Assembly: GCA_963832195.1 (NCBI GenBank)
Contig: CAWHTH010000006.1
Coordinates: 331,974-395,973, forward strand
Length of the DNA: 64,000 nucleotides
Reading direction: 5' to 3'
DNA from: an uncultured Conexibacteraceae bacterium
GTDB taxonomy: Bacteria > Actinomycetota > Thermoleophilia > Solirubrobacterales > Solirubrobacteraceae
The translations under genes and the position numbers were made by a program. The notes below the pieces were generated by a model. The model did no database searches. It was not told the origin of the DNA and saw only the letters and a list, made by a program, of their open reading frames with translations. The stretch's first letter is position 1. Every line of letters starts with the position of its first letter. Of this stretch, positions 35,372-44,132 are shown piece after piece.

Positions 35372-35848
35372 TCAGGTGGCTAACGGGCAGCCCGACGAGA
35401 GCTTCACGTGCCACCACCCGGCGAGCATCCCGATGATGCCGAGGCGGGGCTTGACCTGCCAGACGCCGCAGCCGCCCTCGCCGAGGGCGGAGTTCGGGAG
35501 ACGCTGGAACTTGAAGCGGTGCGGCTCCGCGAGCATCCGCTCGAGCAGCACGCGGTTGTGCTCCCGGGCCTCGCCGCGCTCGTCGAGAACGCGGCGCGCG
35601 TCGGCGACGCGCTCCGACAGCGAGTCGCGCAGCGTCTCGAGCTCGCCGAGCGACAGCAGGCGCGGCCCCCCGGGCCCGGCGACACCGAACTCCAGCGGCG
35701 TGAACGGGAACGCGGAGACGACGCAGTCGGCCAGCTGACGCTCCAGGCGCGCGATCTGGTCGCGCAGCGAGCGGCGCGCCGCACGCAGATCCTCGGTCCC
35801 GACGGGGCCGAGAGAGAGGCCGCCAGCGCGTTCGTGGATCACGACCAT
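35372..35848 (-). CDS. Conserved hypothetical protein with a Cys-containing C-terminal motif
   Basis: 158 aa. Coiled-coil centre. C-terminus GCGVWQVKPRLGIIGMLAGWWHVKLSSGCP. No family assignment. Confidence 0.55.
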   Translation of the reverse strand: MVVIHERAGGLSLGPVGTEDLRAARRSLRDQIARLERQLADCVVSAFPFTPLEFGVAGPGGPRLLSLGELETLRDSLSERVADARRVLDERGEAREHNRVLLERMLAEPHRFKFQRLPNSALGEGGCGVWQVKPRLGIIGMLAGWWHVKLSSGCPLAT

Positions 35849-35872
35849 CTACTACCCGGAGTGTACGCCTGC

Positions 35873-36523
35873 CTAGACGCTGGTCAACGCCTCGGCGGCC
35901 ATCCAGAGCGCCTCCTGCACGTGCACCTCGGGGACACCGGCGACCTGGATGCTCCACAGCTGCATCCGGCGCGTCTGGCCCCCGGGATCGTGAAAGCTCG
36001 ACATCCGCCCGAACAGCTCCGCGACCGGCCCGGCGGCGTCCGCGACCACGAGCCGCCCCACCGGGAGGTCATGGGCGTACTCGTCGGCTCCCAGCCGCTC
36101 CCCCGCGGCCGCCGGCCGGATCCCCAGCGGCCCGTCGAGCCGCTCGCCGTCGACCGCCCAGACGGGGACGCCGGTCTCCGCCACGGCCAGCAGCAGCGAG
36201 TCCGAGAGCCGGTCGCGCGAGCGGAACCCGCCCTGCTTCAGGCGGTTCATCGCGGCCTCCTCGACCGGCGTGCGCGTCGCGTCCGGGTCGAGGCCGACCT
36301 CGCGGTAGAAGATCCGGTAGGCCTGCGGGACGGGCCGCTGGCGCAGCAGGATCGCGTCGGCGCCGCGGAAGCGCGTCGACAGGTAGCCGAGCCGCTCCTT
36401 GAGCGCCTTCGAGCTGCGCCCCGTCCCGGCCTCGATCGGGGCGCCGAGCAGCCGCAGCTCCGGGAACTCCTCGTGGACCCGGTGGTCGACCCAGCCCTCC
36501 TCGAACTCGAGCTCGCCGATCAT
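35873..36523 (-). CDS. Solo B3/B4 (PheRS-beta-like tRNA-binding) domain protein
   Basis: In-frame ATG at 36523 (ATGA overlap with the upstream stop). AYRIFYREVGLDPDATRTPVEEAAMNRL..SLLLAVAETGVPVWAVD matches the B3/4-domain pattern. Confidence 0.65.
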   Translation of the reverse strand: MIGELEFEEGWVDHRVHEEFPELRLLGAPIEAGTGRSSKALKERLGYLSTRFRGADAILLRQRPVPQAYRIFYREVGLDPDATRTPVEEAAMNRLKQGGFRSRDRLSDSLLLAVAETGVPVWAVDGERLDGPLGIRPAAAGERLGADEYAHDLPVGRLVVADAAGPVAELFGRMSSFHDPGGQTRRMQLWSIQVAGVPEVHVQEALWMAAEALTSV

Positions 36524-37308
36524 CGCTCCAGCCGTTTCATCGCTGCCTCGAGCTCCGGCTCGCTCAGCTCGCCGAACGTCGTGTCGACGATACGCCCGCC
36601 CCGCCGCGCGAACGTGATCTGCGGGCAGACCGAGACGCCGTAGACGTTCGACACGCCGCCATCGCGGTCCCAGCCCACGGGGAAACTCCAGCGATGCTCG
36701 CGGATCAGGCCGCGCAGCTTGTCGCGGTCCCCGCGGATCGCCACCGCCGCGGCCTGGACCCGCGGATGGCGGCGCTGGACGCGCTCGAGCACGTCGAGCT
36801 GGCGGACGCACTGCGACCCGCGGTCCGCGAAGAACACGAGCACGACCGGGCCGCGCTCTCTGAGCTCGCACGAGTTCAGGATGTCCGCGCCCCGGACGTC
36901 GCAGGCCGGGCGGCGCCCGACCTCCTTGCTCTCCCCCTCGCGGCCCGTGGCCAGGTTGGCGTCGCCCTCGAGCGACGACAGCACGAGCGGCGCGGCGAAC
37001 GGCGCCAGGTCACCCCCGCTCGTCGGCGCCCGCACGCCGCCATTGGAGATCGCGTTGACCATCGCGACGATGATGACCAGCAGGAACACCACGCCGACGA
37101 ACCACACGTAGCGCGACGAGCCCGGCGGGCGCGGCACCGGTACGGGATCGCCCGGCTTCCGCCCTGGCGTTGGCTCGAAGTCGGGATCGCGGCGGTGCGC
37201 CCAGCGCCGGCGCTGCTCGGCGGCGTCGTCCTCGCGTGTCACTGAGGGGTCTGTCCCCTCGGTGTCATCGGGCTCGAAGTCGAGTGGCCCGCGCGGGTCG
37301 TCGCTCAT
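36520..37308 (-). CDS. Membrane-anchored TlpA/redoxin-like protein with a degenerate active site
   Basis: In-frame ATG at 37308 (ATGA overlap with the MMPL stop). TM helix YVWFVGVVFLLVIIVAMV. Thioredoxin-fold region VVLVFFADRGSQCVRQLD has a single Cys where CxxC is expected. The N-terminal tail contains element copy c. Confidence 0.7.
   Translation of the reverse strand: MSDDPRGPLDFEPDDTEGTDPSVTREDDAAEQRRRWAHRRDPDFEPTPGRKPGDPVPVPRPPGSSRYVWFVGVVFLLVIIVAMVNAISNGGVRAPTSGGDLAPFAAPLVLSSLEGDANLATGREGESKEVGRRPACDVRGADILNSCELRERGPVVLVFFADRGSQCVRQLDVLERVQRRHPRVQAAAVAIRGDRDKLRGLIREHRWSFPVGWDRDGGVSNVYGVSVCPQITFARRGGRIVDTTFGELSEPELEAAMKRLER
37237..37267. repeat. 31-nt palindromic element copy c (TGTCACTGAGGGGTCTGTCCCCTCGGTGTCA), in frame in the redoxin-like gene
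   Basis: 27/31 identical to copy a. On the coding (minus) strand it encodes TEGTDPSVT. Confidence 0.85.
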
Positions 37309-39928
37309 GCGGCCGGGGCGCGCGCGGGCGCGCCGGGGCGGCGCGGCAGCCTGACGCGCAGGAGGTGGCCGCGCTCGGCGAGCACGAGCACGGAGGGCAG
37401 CACGACCAGCACGCCGATCAGGGAGACGGTGAGGTCGACGACGGTGACCGCGCCGAAGTCGCGCAGCATGCGGATGTCGCTCAGGACGAGCACAGCGAAG
37501 CCGGCGATCGCGGTCGCGCCCGAAGCCAGCACTGCCGCCCCGGTCGAGCGATAGGTGCGCTCCAGCGCCTCCTGCGGCTCGTGGCCGGCCGCGCGCTCGC
37601 GCCGGTAGCGCTCGGCCAGCAGGACGGAGAACTCGGTCGAGATCGCGATCACGAGCGCGCCCAGGGTGACCGACATCGGGTTCAGCGGGATCTGGAGGCA
37701 GAAGAGCACGAGCGCCGACCAGCCGGTGGCCAGCGCGATCGGGATCAGCGGGACCACGGCGCGCTGCCACGAGCGCAGCGCTGCCAGCAGCACCAGCCCG
37801 ACCACCGCGAGGCCGGCGAGCAACAGCACCATCCGCCGCCACGTGGACGCGACGCGGTCGTTGGCTTCGGCCGCCAGCACCGGCAGCCCCGCGAGCTCGG
37901 CGCGCACGCCCGCCGGCGGCCGCAGCCGGGCGCGCATCGCCTCGATCACCTCCTGCTGGCGGTCGAGCGGCATCAGGCGGATGCCGAACGCGAGCGTCGC
38001 GGTCTTGCGGTCCGGCGTGATCACGCCCTGCGAGAAGTAGGCGGGTACGGCGTCGAGCAGGTCGTCGATCTGGTCCTTCGTGCGCGTCGACTGCTCGGAG
38101 CGGAACAGGTCCGGCAGCGAGAACGCCGGGCAGAGCTCGGCCTTCCCGCACCCGCGGGTGGAGCTGTAGCCGAAGCGCTTGAGGAGATCCCCCTGGTAGC
38201 GCGTCATCCAGCGCACGACCGCCGGCTCGGTCAGCCGGTCCGACGTCACGGTCACGTCGATCTGCCCGCCGACGCCGGTCGACTCCTGCAGCGCCTCGAG
38301 GTCGCGCAGCGCGCTCAGGTCCTGCGGCACGAGCTTCTGGATGTCGGACTCGACCTCGGTCTGGGTGTCGAGCGCCAAGGCCGATGACCGCCAGCGCCGC
38401 GCCGATCGCGAGCACCCGGGTAGGCCGGACCTGCGCGGCGCGCAGCGCACCGCCGCGCACGCGGGCGCCCACGGCGCCGAGCCGCCGCGCGACCGGGTTG
38501 TTGCGCAGCAGCTCCTCCGCGCCGCGCCCCGCGGGGGCGAACCGCTCAAGCGGGTTGCGCAGCCGGCCCGCAGCCGCTGAGCGCGGCGACGCCCAGCGTG
38601 AGCGCGCACAGCAGCGCCAGCGCGATGCCGCCGACGAGCAGGAACCCGAACGCCCGCACCATCGGCACCGGCGACAGCGCCAGCACCAGGAAGCCCGCCG
38701 CGGTCGCCGCGGCCGCGATCGCCACCGTCGGCGCCCCGTCGGCGGCCACCCCGTCGACCGCCGCGGCGAATGTCGGCGCCCGCCGCTCCTGTATTCGCGC
38801 CTGGAGCTGGATCGCGTAGTCGACCGCGAGGCCGATCAGCACCGGCAGCACGCCGATCGAGGCCATCGTCAGCTCTGCGCCGAGCAGCGACAGCACCCCG
38901 AACGTGAGGCCGGCCGCGGCCACGGCCACGCCCAGCGGCAACAGCCGCGCGGGCGCCCTGAACACCACCGCGAGCGTCAGCGCCATCACGATCAGCGCCG
39001 CGACCAGCAGCAGGAGGATCGACGAGCTGATCGAGTCCGTGAGGTCGGCGACCACCACGGGCGCGCCGGTCACCACGTACGTGCCGCCGTTGCGCAGCCG
39101 CCAGTCGGACATCGCGACCGCGCCGCGCACTAGCTCGATCGCCTCGCGGCGCCGGCTCTCGCTCAGGCCCGGCTTGAGCCGCACCTGCACGAGCGCGCTG
39201 TTGCGGTTCGGGAACAGGTAGGCGAAGCGCGCCTTCGGCGTCCCCGCCCGCTTCGTGTTGTCGAAGACGAGCTGCGCCACGAAGTCCGGGTCGTTGAGCT
39301 TCGGGATCGAGCGGATCCCGTAGCGCAGCGCGAGCTGCAGCGAGTCGCGCAGGAACTCGTTGTAGACCAGCTGCTCGGCCTGCTTGCCGAACTGGCGCGA
39401 GCGCTGCTTCGAGTAGCCGCGCCCGCGCGCGAGCTTGTACGCGGCGTCGGAGGCGCGCTTGGCCTGCTCGGCCTTCGCGCGCGTGCGCGCGCCGAACTGG
39501 TCGGAGATCTGGCGTACGGACTCGTTGATGAACGTCCCGGGCCCGAACACGACCTTGACCGGCTTCTCGCGCGCGAGGCGGCCGCACGGGCCGTTCGCCC
39601 CGCCCCGGATCTTGGCGCCCTTCGGCGCGTTGCCCGAGATGCAGCCCTCGAGCCCCAGTAGGCGCTCGATGTCCGAGGTCAGCACCAGCTTCGACAAGTC
39701 GCCGCGCACGAGCACGATGACAGCGTCCTCACCGAAGCGCTGGTGGTAGCGGTCGGTGGCCTTGAAGCTGTCGGTCCCGCGGCCCACGAGCGTGTCCGTC
39801 GCCGCGCTCGGCTCCAGGCGCAGCGCGAGCCCGCCGCCGACTGCCGCCAGCAGCCCGACGGCCAGCCCGACGGCCAGCGGCCGGCGCGCGGCGCTGCCCA
39901 TCAGCGCCTTCAGGACGGAGACCAGCAT
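37305..39928 (-). pseudogene. MMPL/RND-family transporter split over three frames (two +1 shifts, or sequencing indels)
   Basis: N-terminal half = ORF 38546..39928 (TM bundle ..VDYAIQLQARI..). The linker GRLRNPLERFAPAGRGAEELLRNNPVARRLGAVGARVRGGALRAAQVRPTRVLAIGAALAVIGL is in the frame of ORF 36520..38472. The C-terminal half, from LDTQTEVESDIQKLVPQD.., is in the frame of ORF 37305..39587. Confidence 0.8.
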
Positions 39929-39950
39929 GGGCGTGCTGGTCCGCCTGGCC

Positions 39951-41033
39951 CTACTCCATGCCGAGCGGGCCCTGGGACTCGCCGGAGAGGAACTGCCGCA
40001 CGAACGCGTTGTCCGAGTTGAACAGTTCCTCGGCGGGGCCTGACTCGACGATGCGGCCCTTCCACAGCACCGAGATGTGCTCGGCGACGCGGCGGGCGCT
40101 CATGATGTCGTGTGTGATGACCACGTAGGCGCCGCCGTTCTCCTCGTGGATCTCCTGGATGAGCTCGCACAGGAGGGCGGTGCGGACGGGGTCGAGCCCG
40201 GAGTCGGGCTCGTCGAAAAGGACGATGTCGGGGTCGAGCACGAGCGCGCGCGCGAACCCGGCGCGCTTGCGCATGCCGCCCGACAGCTCGTTGGGCATCT
40301 TGTCGCCGGAGTCCGCCAAGCCGACCTCGCGCAGGCGGCCGTTGCAGATCTCGGCGATCTCGTCCTCGCCCTTGTCGGTGTGCTGGCGCAGCGGGAAGGC
40401 GACGTTGTCGTACAGGTTCATCGAGCCGAACAGCGCGCCGTCCTGGAACAGCACGCCGAACTTCTTGCGCATCTCGAACAGCTCGTCGTCCTGCATGTTC
40501 GGGACGGACTCGCCGTGCACGAGCACGTCGCCCTCGTCGGGGTACAGCAGGCCGACCATGTGCTTGATGCAGACGCACTTCCCGGTGCCCGAGGGGCCAA
40601 GGATCATCGAGATCTTGCCCTCGGGGATGCCCATGTTCAGGCCGCGCAGGATCTTGTTGCGCCCGAACGCCTTGTGGACGTCGACGAACTCGACCGCATC
40701 CGGCACGCCCGTCGGGCGGTTCAGGCCGGTGTGCCACTTGTACTCGTCGTCGGCGTCCGGCGCGGCCTCCTGGACGACGCTGACGCGCCCTCTCTCCTGC
40801 TCTTCCTTCGCGGCCGATGGCTCCTCCGCTGAGGCCTCGGCGGCCGCGTCCTGCTCCTGAGCCCGGACCTCCTCGGGCTGGTCCTCCACATCTTCACGCG
40901 TCGGCTGGTCCTCGAACGGCGCCGGCTCGTCGGACGGCAGCCACTCCGAGGACTTGCCCTCGTCCTTCTTCTTGGCCGCGGGCTTCTTGGCCTTGTCCTT
41001 GTCGTCCTTCGGCTCACGCGGGATCCGCGGCAT
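39951..41033 (-). CDS. MlaF/Mkl-type ABC ATPase with a 110-aa charged N-terminal extension
   Basis: In-frame ATG at 41033. GPSGTGKCVCIKHM, LSGGMRKRAGFARAL, VLFDEPDSGLDP. The N-terminus is MPRIPREPKDDKDKAKKPAAKKKDEGK.. followed by an acidic stretch. Confidence 0.88.
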   Translation of the reverse strand: MPRIPREPKDDKDKAKKPAAKKKDEGKSSEWLPSDEPAPFEDQPTREDVEDQPEEVRAQEQDAAAEASAEEPSAAKEEQERGRVSVVQEAAPDADDEYKWHTGLNRPTGVPDAVEFVDVHKAFGRNKILRGLNMGIPEGKISMILGPSGTGKCVCIKHMVGLLYPDEGDVLVHGESVPNMQDDELFEMRKKFGVLFQDGALFGSMNLYDNVAFPLRQHTDKGEDEIAEICNGRLREVGLADSGDKMPNELSGGMRKRAGFARALVLDPDIVLFDEPDSGLDPVRTALLCELIQEIHEENGGAYVVITHDIMSARRVAEHISVLWKGRIVESGPAEELFNSDNAFVRQFLSGESQGPLGME

Positions 41034-41035
41034 GC

Positions 41036-41833
41036 TCAACCTCCGATCGGGGCGCGCGGGTTCGCGCCCCAGAACAGCTGGGTCCCGAGCATCCCGATGA
41101 GATGCACGAGGACGATGTTCAAGACCATTGACTTGGCGGTCGCGGTACCCACCCCGACGGGACCACCGCCCGCGTTGTAGCCGTAGTAACAGCCCACTAG
41201 GACGATGGCGGTCGCCATCGCCATGCCCTTGATGACGCTGTACAACAGGTCGGGCGGGTTCTGGAACATCCAGAAGATCAGGAAGAACCCGCCGGACGAG
41301 ACCTCGCCTATCTGTTCGACCACCGCCAGGTAGCTGGCGAAGAACCCGGCGCCGACGGCGGCGAGGTACATGAACGGCAGCACGAGCCACGCGGCCAGCA
41401 GGCGGGTGGCGCACAGGAACGTGATCGAGTTGATGCCCATGACCTCGAGGGCGTCGATCTCGTCCGAGATGCGCATCGAGCCGAGCTCGGCGACGATGCC
41501 GGTGCCGACCTTCGCGGACATCATGTAGCCGAAGGCGTAGGGCACCAGCTCGCGCAGGTCGCACCAGGCCGCGAACACGCCCGCGTACGCGGGAGCGCCG
41601 ACCGCGCGGTTGAAGTACGCGCCCTCGATGCCGCACTGGAGGCCGATGATGAACACCAGGCCCCAGATCACGATCGTCGAGGAGAGGATCAGGATGCCCG
41701 ACTGGCGCAGCGCCTCGCCGAAGAAGCGGAAGACGCGCAGCCCGTAGACGTGCCCGAGCACGCGCCCGCAGAACTTCGCGATCTCGCCGGCCGAGGCGAT
41801 CCAGTCGCGCGGGACTGCGAACCAGCCGCCCAT
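41036..41833 (-). CDS. MlaE/YrbE-family ABC permease (second copy)
   Basis: 265 aa. MRISDEIDALEVMGINS and the GG.GVG.A...S motifs of MlaE/YrbE permeases. Confidence 0.88.
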   Translation of the reverse strand: MGGWFAVPRDWIASAGEIAKFCGRVLGHVYGLRVFRFFGEALRQSGILILSSTIVIWGLVFIIGLQCGIEGAYFNRAVGAPAYAGVFAAWCDLRELVPYAFGYMMSAKVGTGIVAELGSMRISDEIDALEVMGINSITFLCATRLLAAWLVLPFMYLAAVGAGFFASYLAVVEQIGEVSSGGFFLIFWMFQNPPDLLYSVIKGMAMATAIVLVGCYYGYNAGGGPVGVGTATAKSMVLNIVLVHLIGMLGTQLFWGANPRAPIGG

Positions 41834-42639
41834 CAGCGGATCACCTGGATCTCGGGATGGGTGGCAAGCAGCGTCTGGGTGAACACGTAGTTGAACGCGA
41901 ACACGCCGAGGAAGGCGATCACCACCGCCTGGTTGACGGCTCTACCCACCCCCTCCGCGCCACCGGAGGCGGTCATGCCCTTGTAACAGCAGACGATCGC
42001 GATGATCGCGCCGAACAAGGTGCATTTGAGGACCGACCCCCAGAGGTCCGTAGTAGAGGCGTTCGTGAAGAAGGTGGCCCAGAACGGGCCCAGCGGGGCG
42101 CCGTTCACAAGGGTTGCGATGACGCCGCCGAAGATGCCGAACAGCAGCGCGTAGACGTCGAACAGGCCGGTGACGAGCATCAGCGCCAGGAAGCGCGGCA
42201 CGACGAGGTTCTTGACAGGGTCGACGCCGAGGACCTGCAGGGCGTCGAGCTCCTCGCGGATCTTGCGGGCGCCGAGGTCCGCGGTGATGGCGGTGCCGGC
42301 GACGCCGGCGAGCACGATCGCGTCGACGAACGGCGCGAACTCTCTAATAGACGCGAGCACGAAGAAGCCGCCGAGCCGGTCCAGCGCGCCGAACAGGACG
42401 AGGAAGTTGGCGGCCTGCAGCCCGGGCGCGCCGTAGCCGAACGCCACGGTCGAGACCAGCAGCGGGAACCAGCACAGGCGCAGCGCGAACAGGAACTGCG
42501 ACACGAACTCGCCGCCGTACGGGTACGGCGGGCGAAGCGCAGAGACAATCGTCTTGCCGGTCAGGATCATCATGTCCCCGACCTCTTCGAGGACGCCCTT
42601 CGTCGGCAGGAAGACTCGATCAGCGGCGCTGCGGACCAC
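41833..42639 (-). CDS. MlaE/YrbE-family ABC permease (first copy)
   Basis: 268 aa. KIREELDALQVLGVDP, SGGAEGVGRAVNQAVV. Its stop overlaps the next start by 1 nt. Confidence 0.88.
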   Translation of the reverse strand: MVRSAADRVFLPTKGVLEEVGDMMILTGKTIVSALRPPYPYGGEFVSQFLFALRLCWFPLLVSTVAFGYGAPGLQAANFLVLFGALDRLGGFFVLASIREFAPFVDAIVLAGVAGTAITADLGARKIREELDALQVLGVDPVKNLVVPRFLALMLVTGLFDVYALLFGIFGGVIATLVNGAPLGPFWATFFTNASTTDLWGSVLKCTLFGAIIAIVCCYKGMTASGGAEGVGRAVNQAVVIAFLGVFAFNYVFTQTLLATHPEIQVIR

Positions 42640-42807
42640 GGTGTTGGGGTGCCTCTCCTCTGGCTGTGGGGACCGCCGCGAACGACGGCCGACTCCCTCG
42701 AGGCTGAGTCTATGCGAGCGTTATCGCGGCTGCCAAGCGGCAACCGTCGGCCCAACATGGCCTTCATTTGCGGGCGGAACCTCCCCTTCGCCGCGTGGCC
42801 CTTGTAT

Positions 42808-43416
42808 ATGCTCGCGCGCGTGAAGCTGACCGGGAGGAGCACGGCCTTTGCGCTCGTCGCCGTCCTCGGTTCGACGACGCTCGTCGCGGGCTGCGGCGGC
42901 GGCGATCGGCAGGACAAGGACGAGAAGGCCGGCAGCTACGAGGTCGAGGTCGTCGACGCGAAGTTCCCGGCCAAGCAGACGCTCGCCAAACAGGTCGAGT
43001 TCTCGGTCCAGGTCAAGAACACCGGCCGCGAGGACGTCCCGAACATCGCCGTCACGCTCGACTCGTTCGCGGCCCGCTCCGAGCAGCCCGGCCTCGCCGA
43101 CCCGGAGCGCCCGGTCTGGATCATCGACTCGGGCCCGCGCGGCGGCACGACCGCTTACACGAACACATGGGCACTCGGCGCCCTGCGCCCGGGCGAGATG
43201 CAGACGTTCACCTGGCGCGTGACCGCGGTCCGTCCCGGCACGCACAAGGTCAACTGGCAGGTCGCAGCCGGCCTCGACGGCAAGGCCAAGGCCGTTCCAG
43301 CCTCGGGCAGCGAGCTCGAAGGCTCTTTCACGGTCGACATCGCGCGCGAGCCGGCGCAATCGCGCGTCGATCCGGACACGGGCGACGTCATCCGCGAGGG
43401 CGACGAGTCCTCGTAG
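42808..43416 (+). CDS. Lipoprotein with an Ig-like/CARDB-like beta domain
   Basis: In-frame ATG at 42808. Lipobox LVAGC. FSVQVKNTGREDVPNIAVTL is reminiscent of CARDB-type domains. Confidence 0.6.
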   Translation: MLARVKLTGRSTAFALVAVLGSTTLVAGCGGGDRQDKDEKAGSYEVEVVDAKFPAKQTLAKQVEFSVQVKNTGREDVPNIAVTLDSFAARSEQPGLADPERPVWIIDSGPRGGTTAYTNTWALGALRPGEMQTFTWRVTAVRPGTHKVNWQVAAGLDGKAKAVPASGSELEGSFTVDIAREPAQSRVDPDTGDVIREGDESS

Positions 43417-43431
43417 CCCTCGGGCCGCCGG

Positions 43432-43734
43432 TCAGGCCGTAGCGGCGCCGGGATCGATGTGGTCGATCCGGTCGATGAGGCGCATGATCGCGTCGATCAC
43501 CGCCCGGCGCTCCTCACGCTCTTCGATCATCTCGACGCGGCGCTCGGCGCGCCACTGCCGCATCTCGGCGTGGTCCTCGTCGATGCGTGCGAGCGCCTTC
43601 TCGATGACCGCGTCGTTTCGCGCGAACGCGCGCTCCATCCGGTCGATCACACGGCTGTTCTCGCGGATGATCCGATCGCTGCGCGCGGCGAATGCCTGAA
43701 TGAAGGCGCGGAGATCGTCTTCGCGATCGGCCAT
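43432..43734 (-). CDS. Hypothetical coiled-coil protein (100 aa)
   Basis: In-frame ATG at 43734: MADREDDLRAFIQAFAARSDRIIRENSRVIDRMERAF.. Helical, charged, non-shadow composition. Confidence 0.4.
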   Translation of the reverse strand: MADREDDLRAFIQAFAARSDRIIRENSRVIDRMERAFARNDAVIEKALARIDEDHAEMRQWRAERRVEMIEEREERRAVIDAIMRLIDRIDHIDPGAATA

Positions 43735-43822
43735 TACCGCCGATTTTCGCAGGCGGACTGCGACGGAACCACCCCAACTCGCGCGTAGACTCGCGCCGAG
43801 GAAATGCGCATCAGGCTGCTGG

Positions 43823-44101
43823 GAGGGCAGCTGCGCGGCCCACTGCGTCGAGTCGATCGCCGCCGTGAGCTGCACCGGCGACGCGGCGCCCGCAGCTGCC
43901 GAGCTGCTCTCCGCCGCGGAGCGCATCCGCGAGGACCTCGGCTTCGACTCGACGGTGCCGCCCGAGCGCATCGTCAAGGACCGAGCTCACGCCGCTGCGG
44001 CGGCCGCGCTCGACGAGAACGAGCTGGCGGCCGCGCTGGAGCGCGGCCGCCAGTTGACCTTCGATCAGGCCGTCGCCCGTGCGCTGGAGGCGACGGCCTG
44101 A
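43823..44101 (+). pseudogene. C-terminal remnant of a STAND/TPR regulator paralogous to 44862..47480
   Basis: EGSCAAHCVESIAAVSCTGDAAPAAAELLSAAERIREDLG...ERGRQLTFDQAVARALE aligns by eye with the last ~85 aa of the 890-aa protein (NRNCGAHCLETTAGLVARMGEAEAGSELLGTAERLREVLG...ERGRSLAFEAAMARALE). No upstream ATPase part is present. Confidence 0.5.
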
Positions 44102-44132
44102 CCTGCTGGGCCGACGGCGCGTCACGAAGGCC

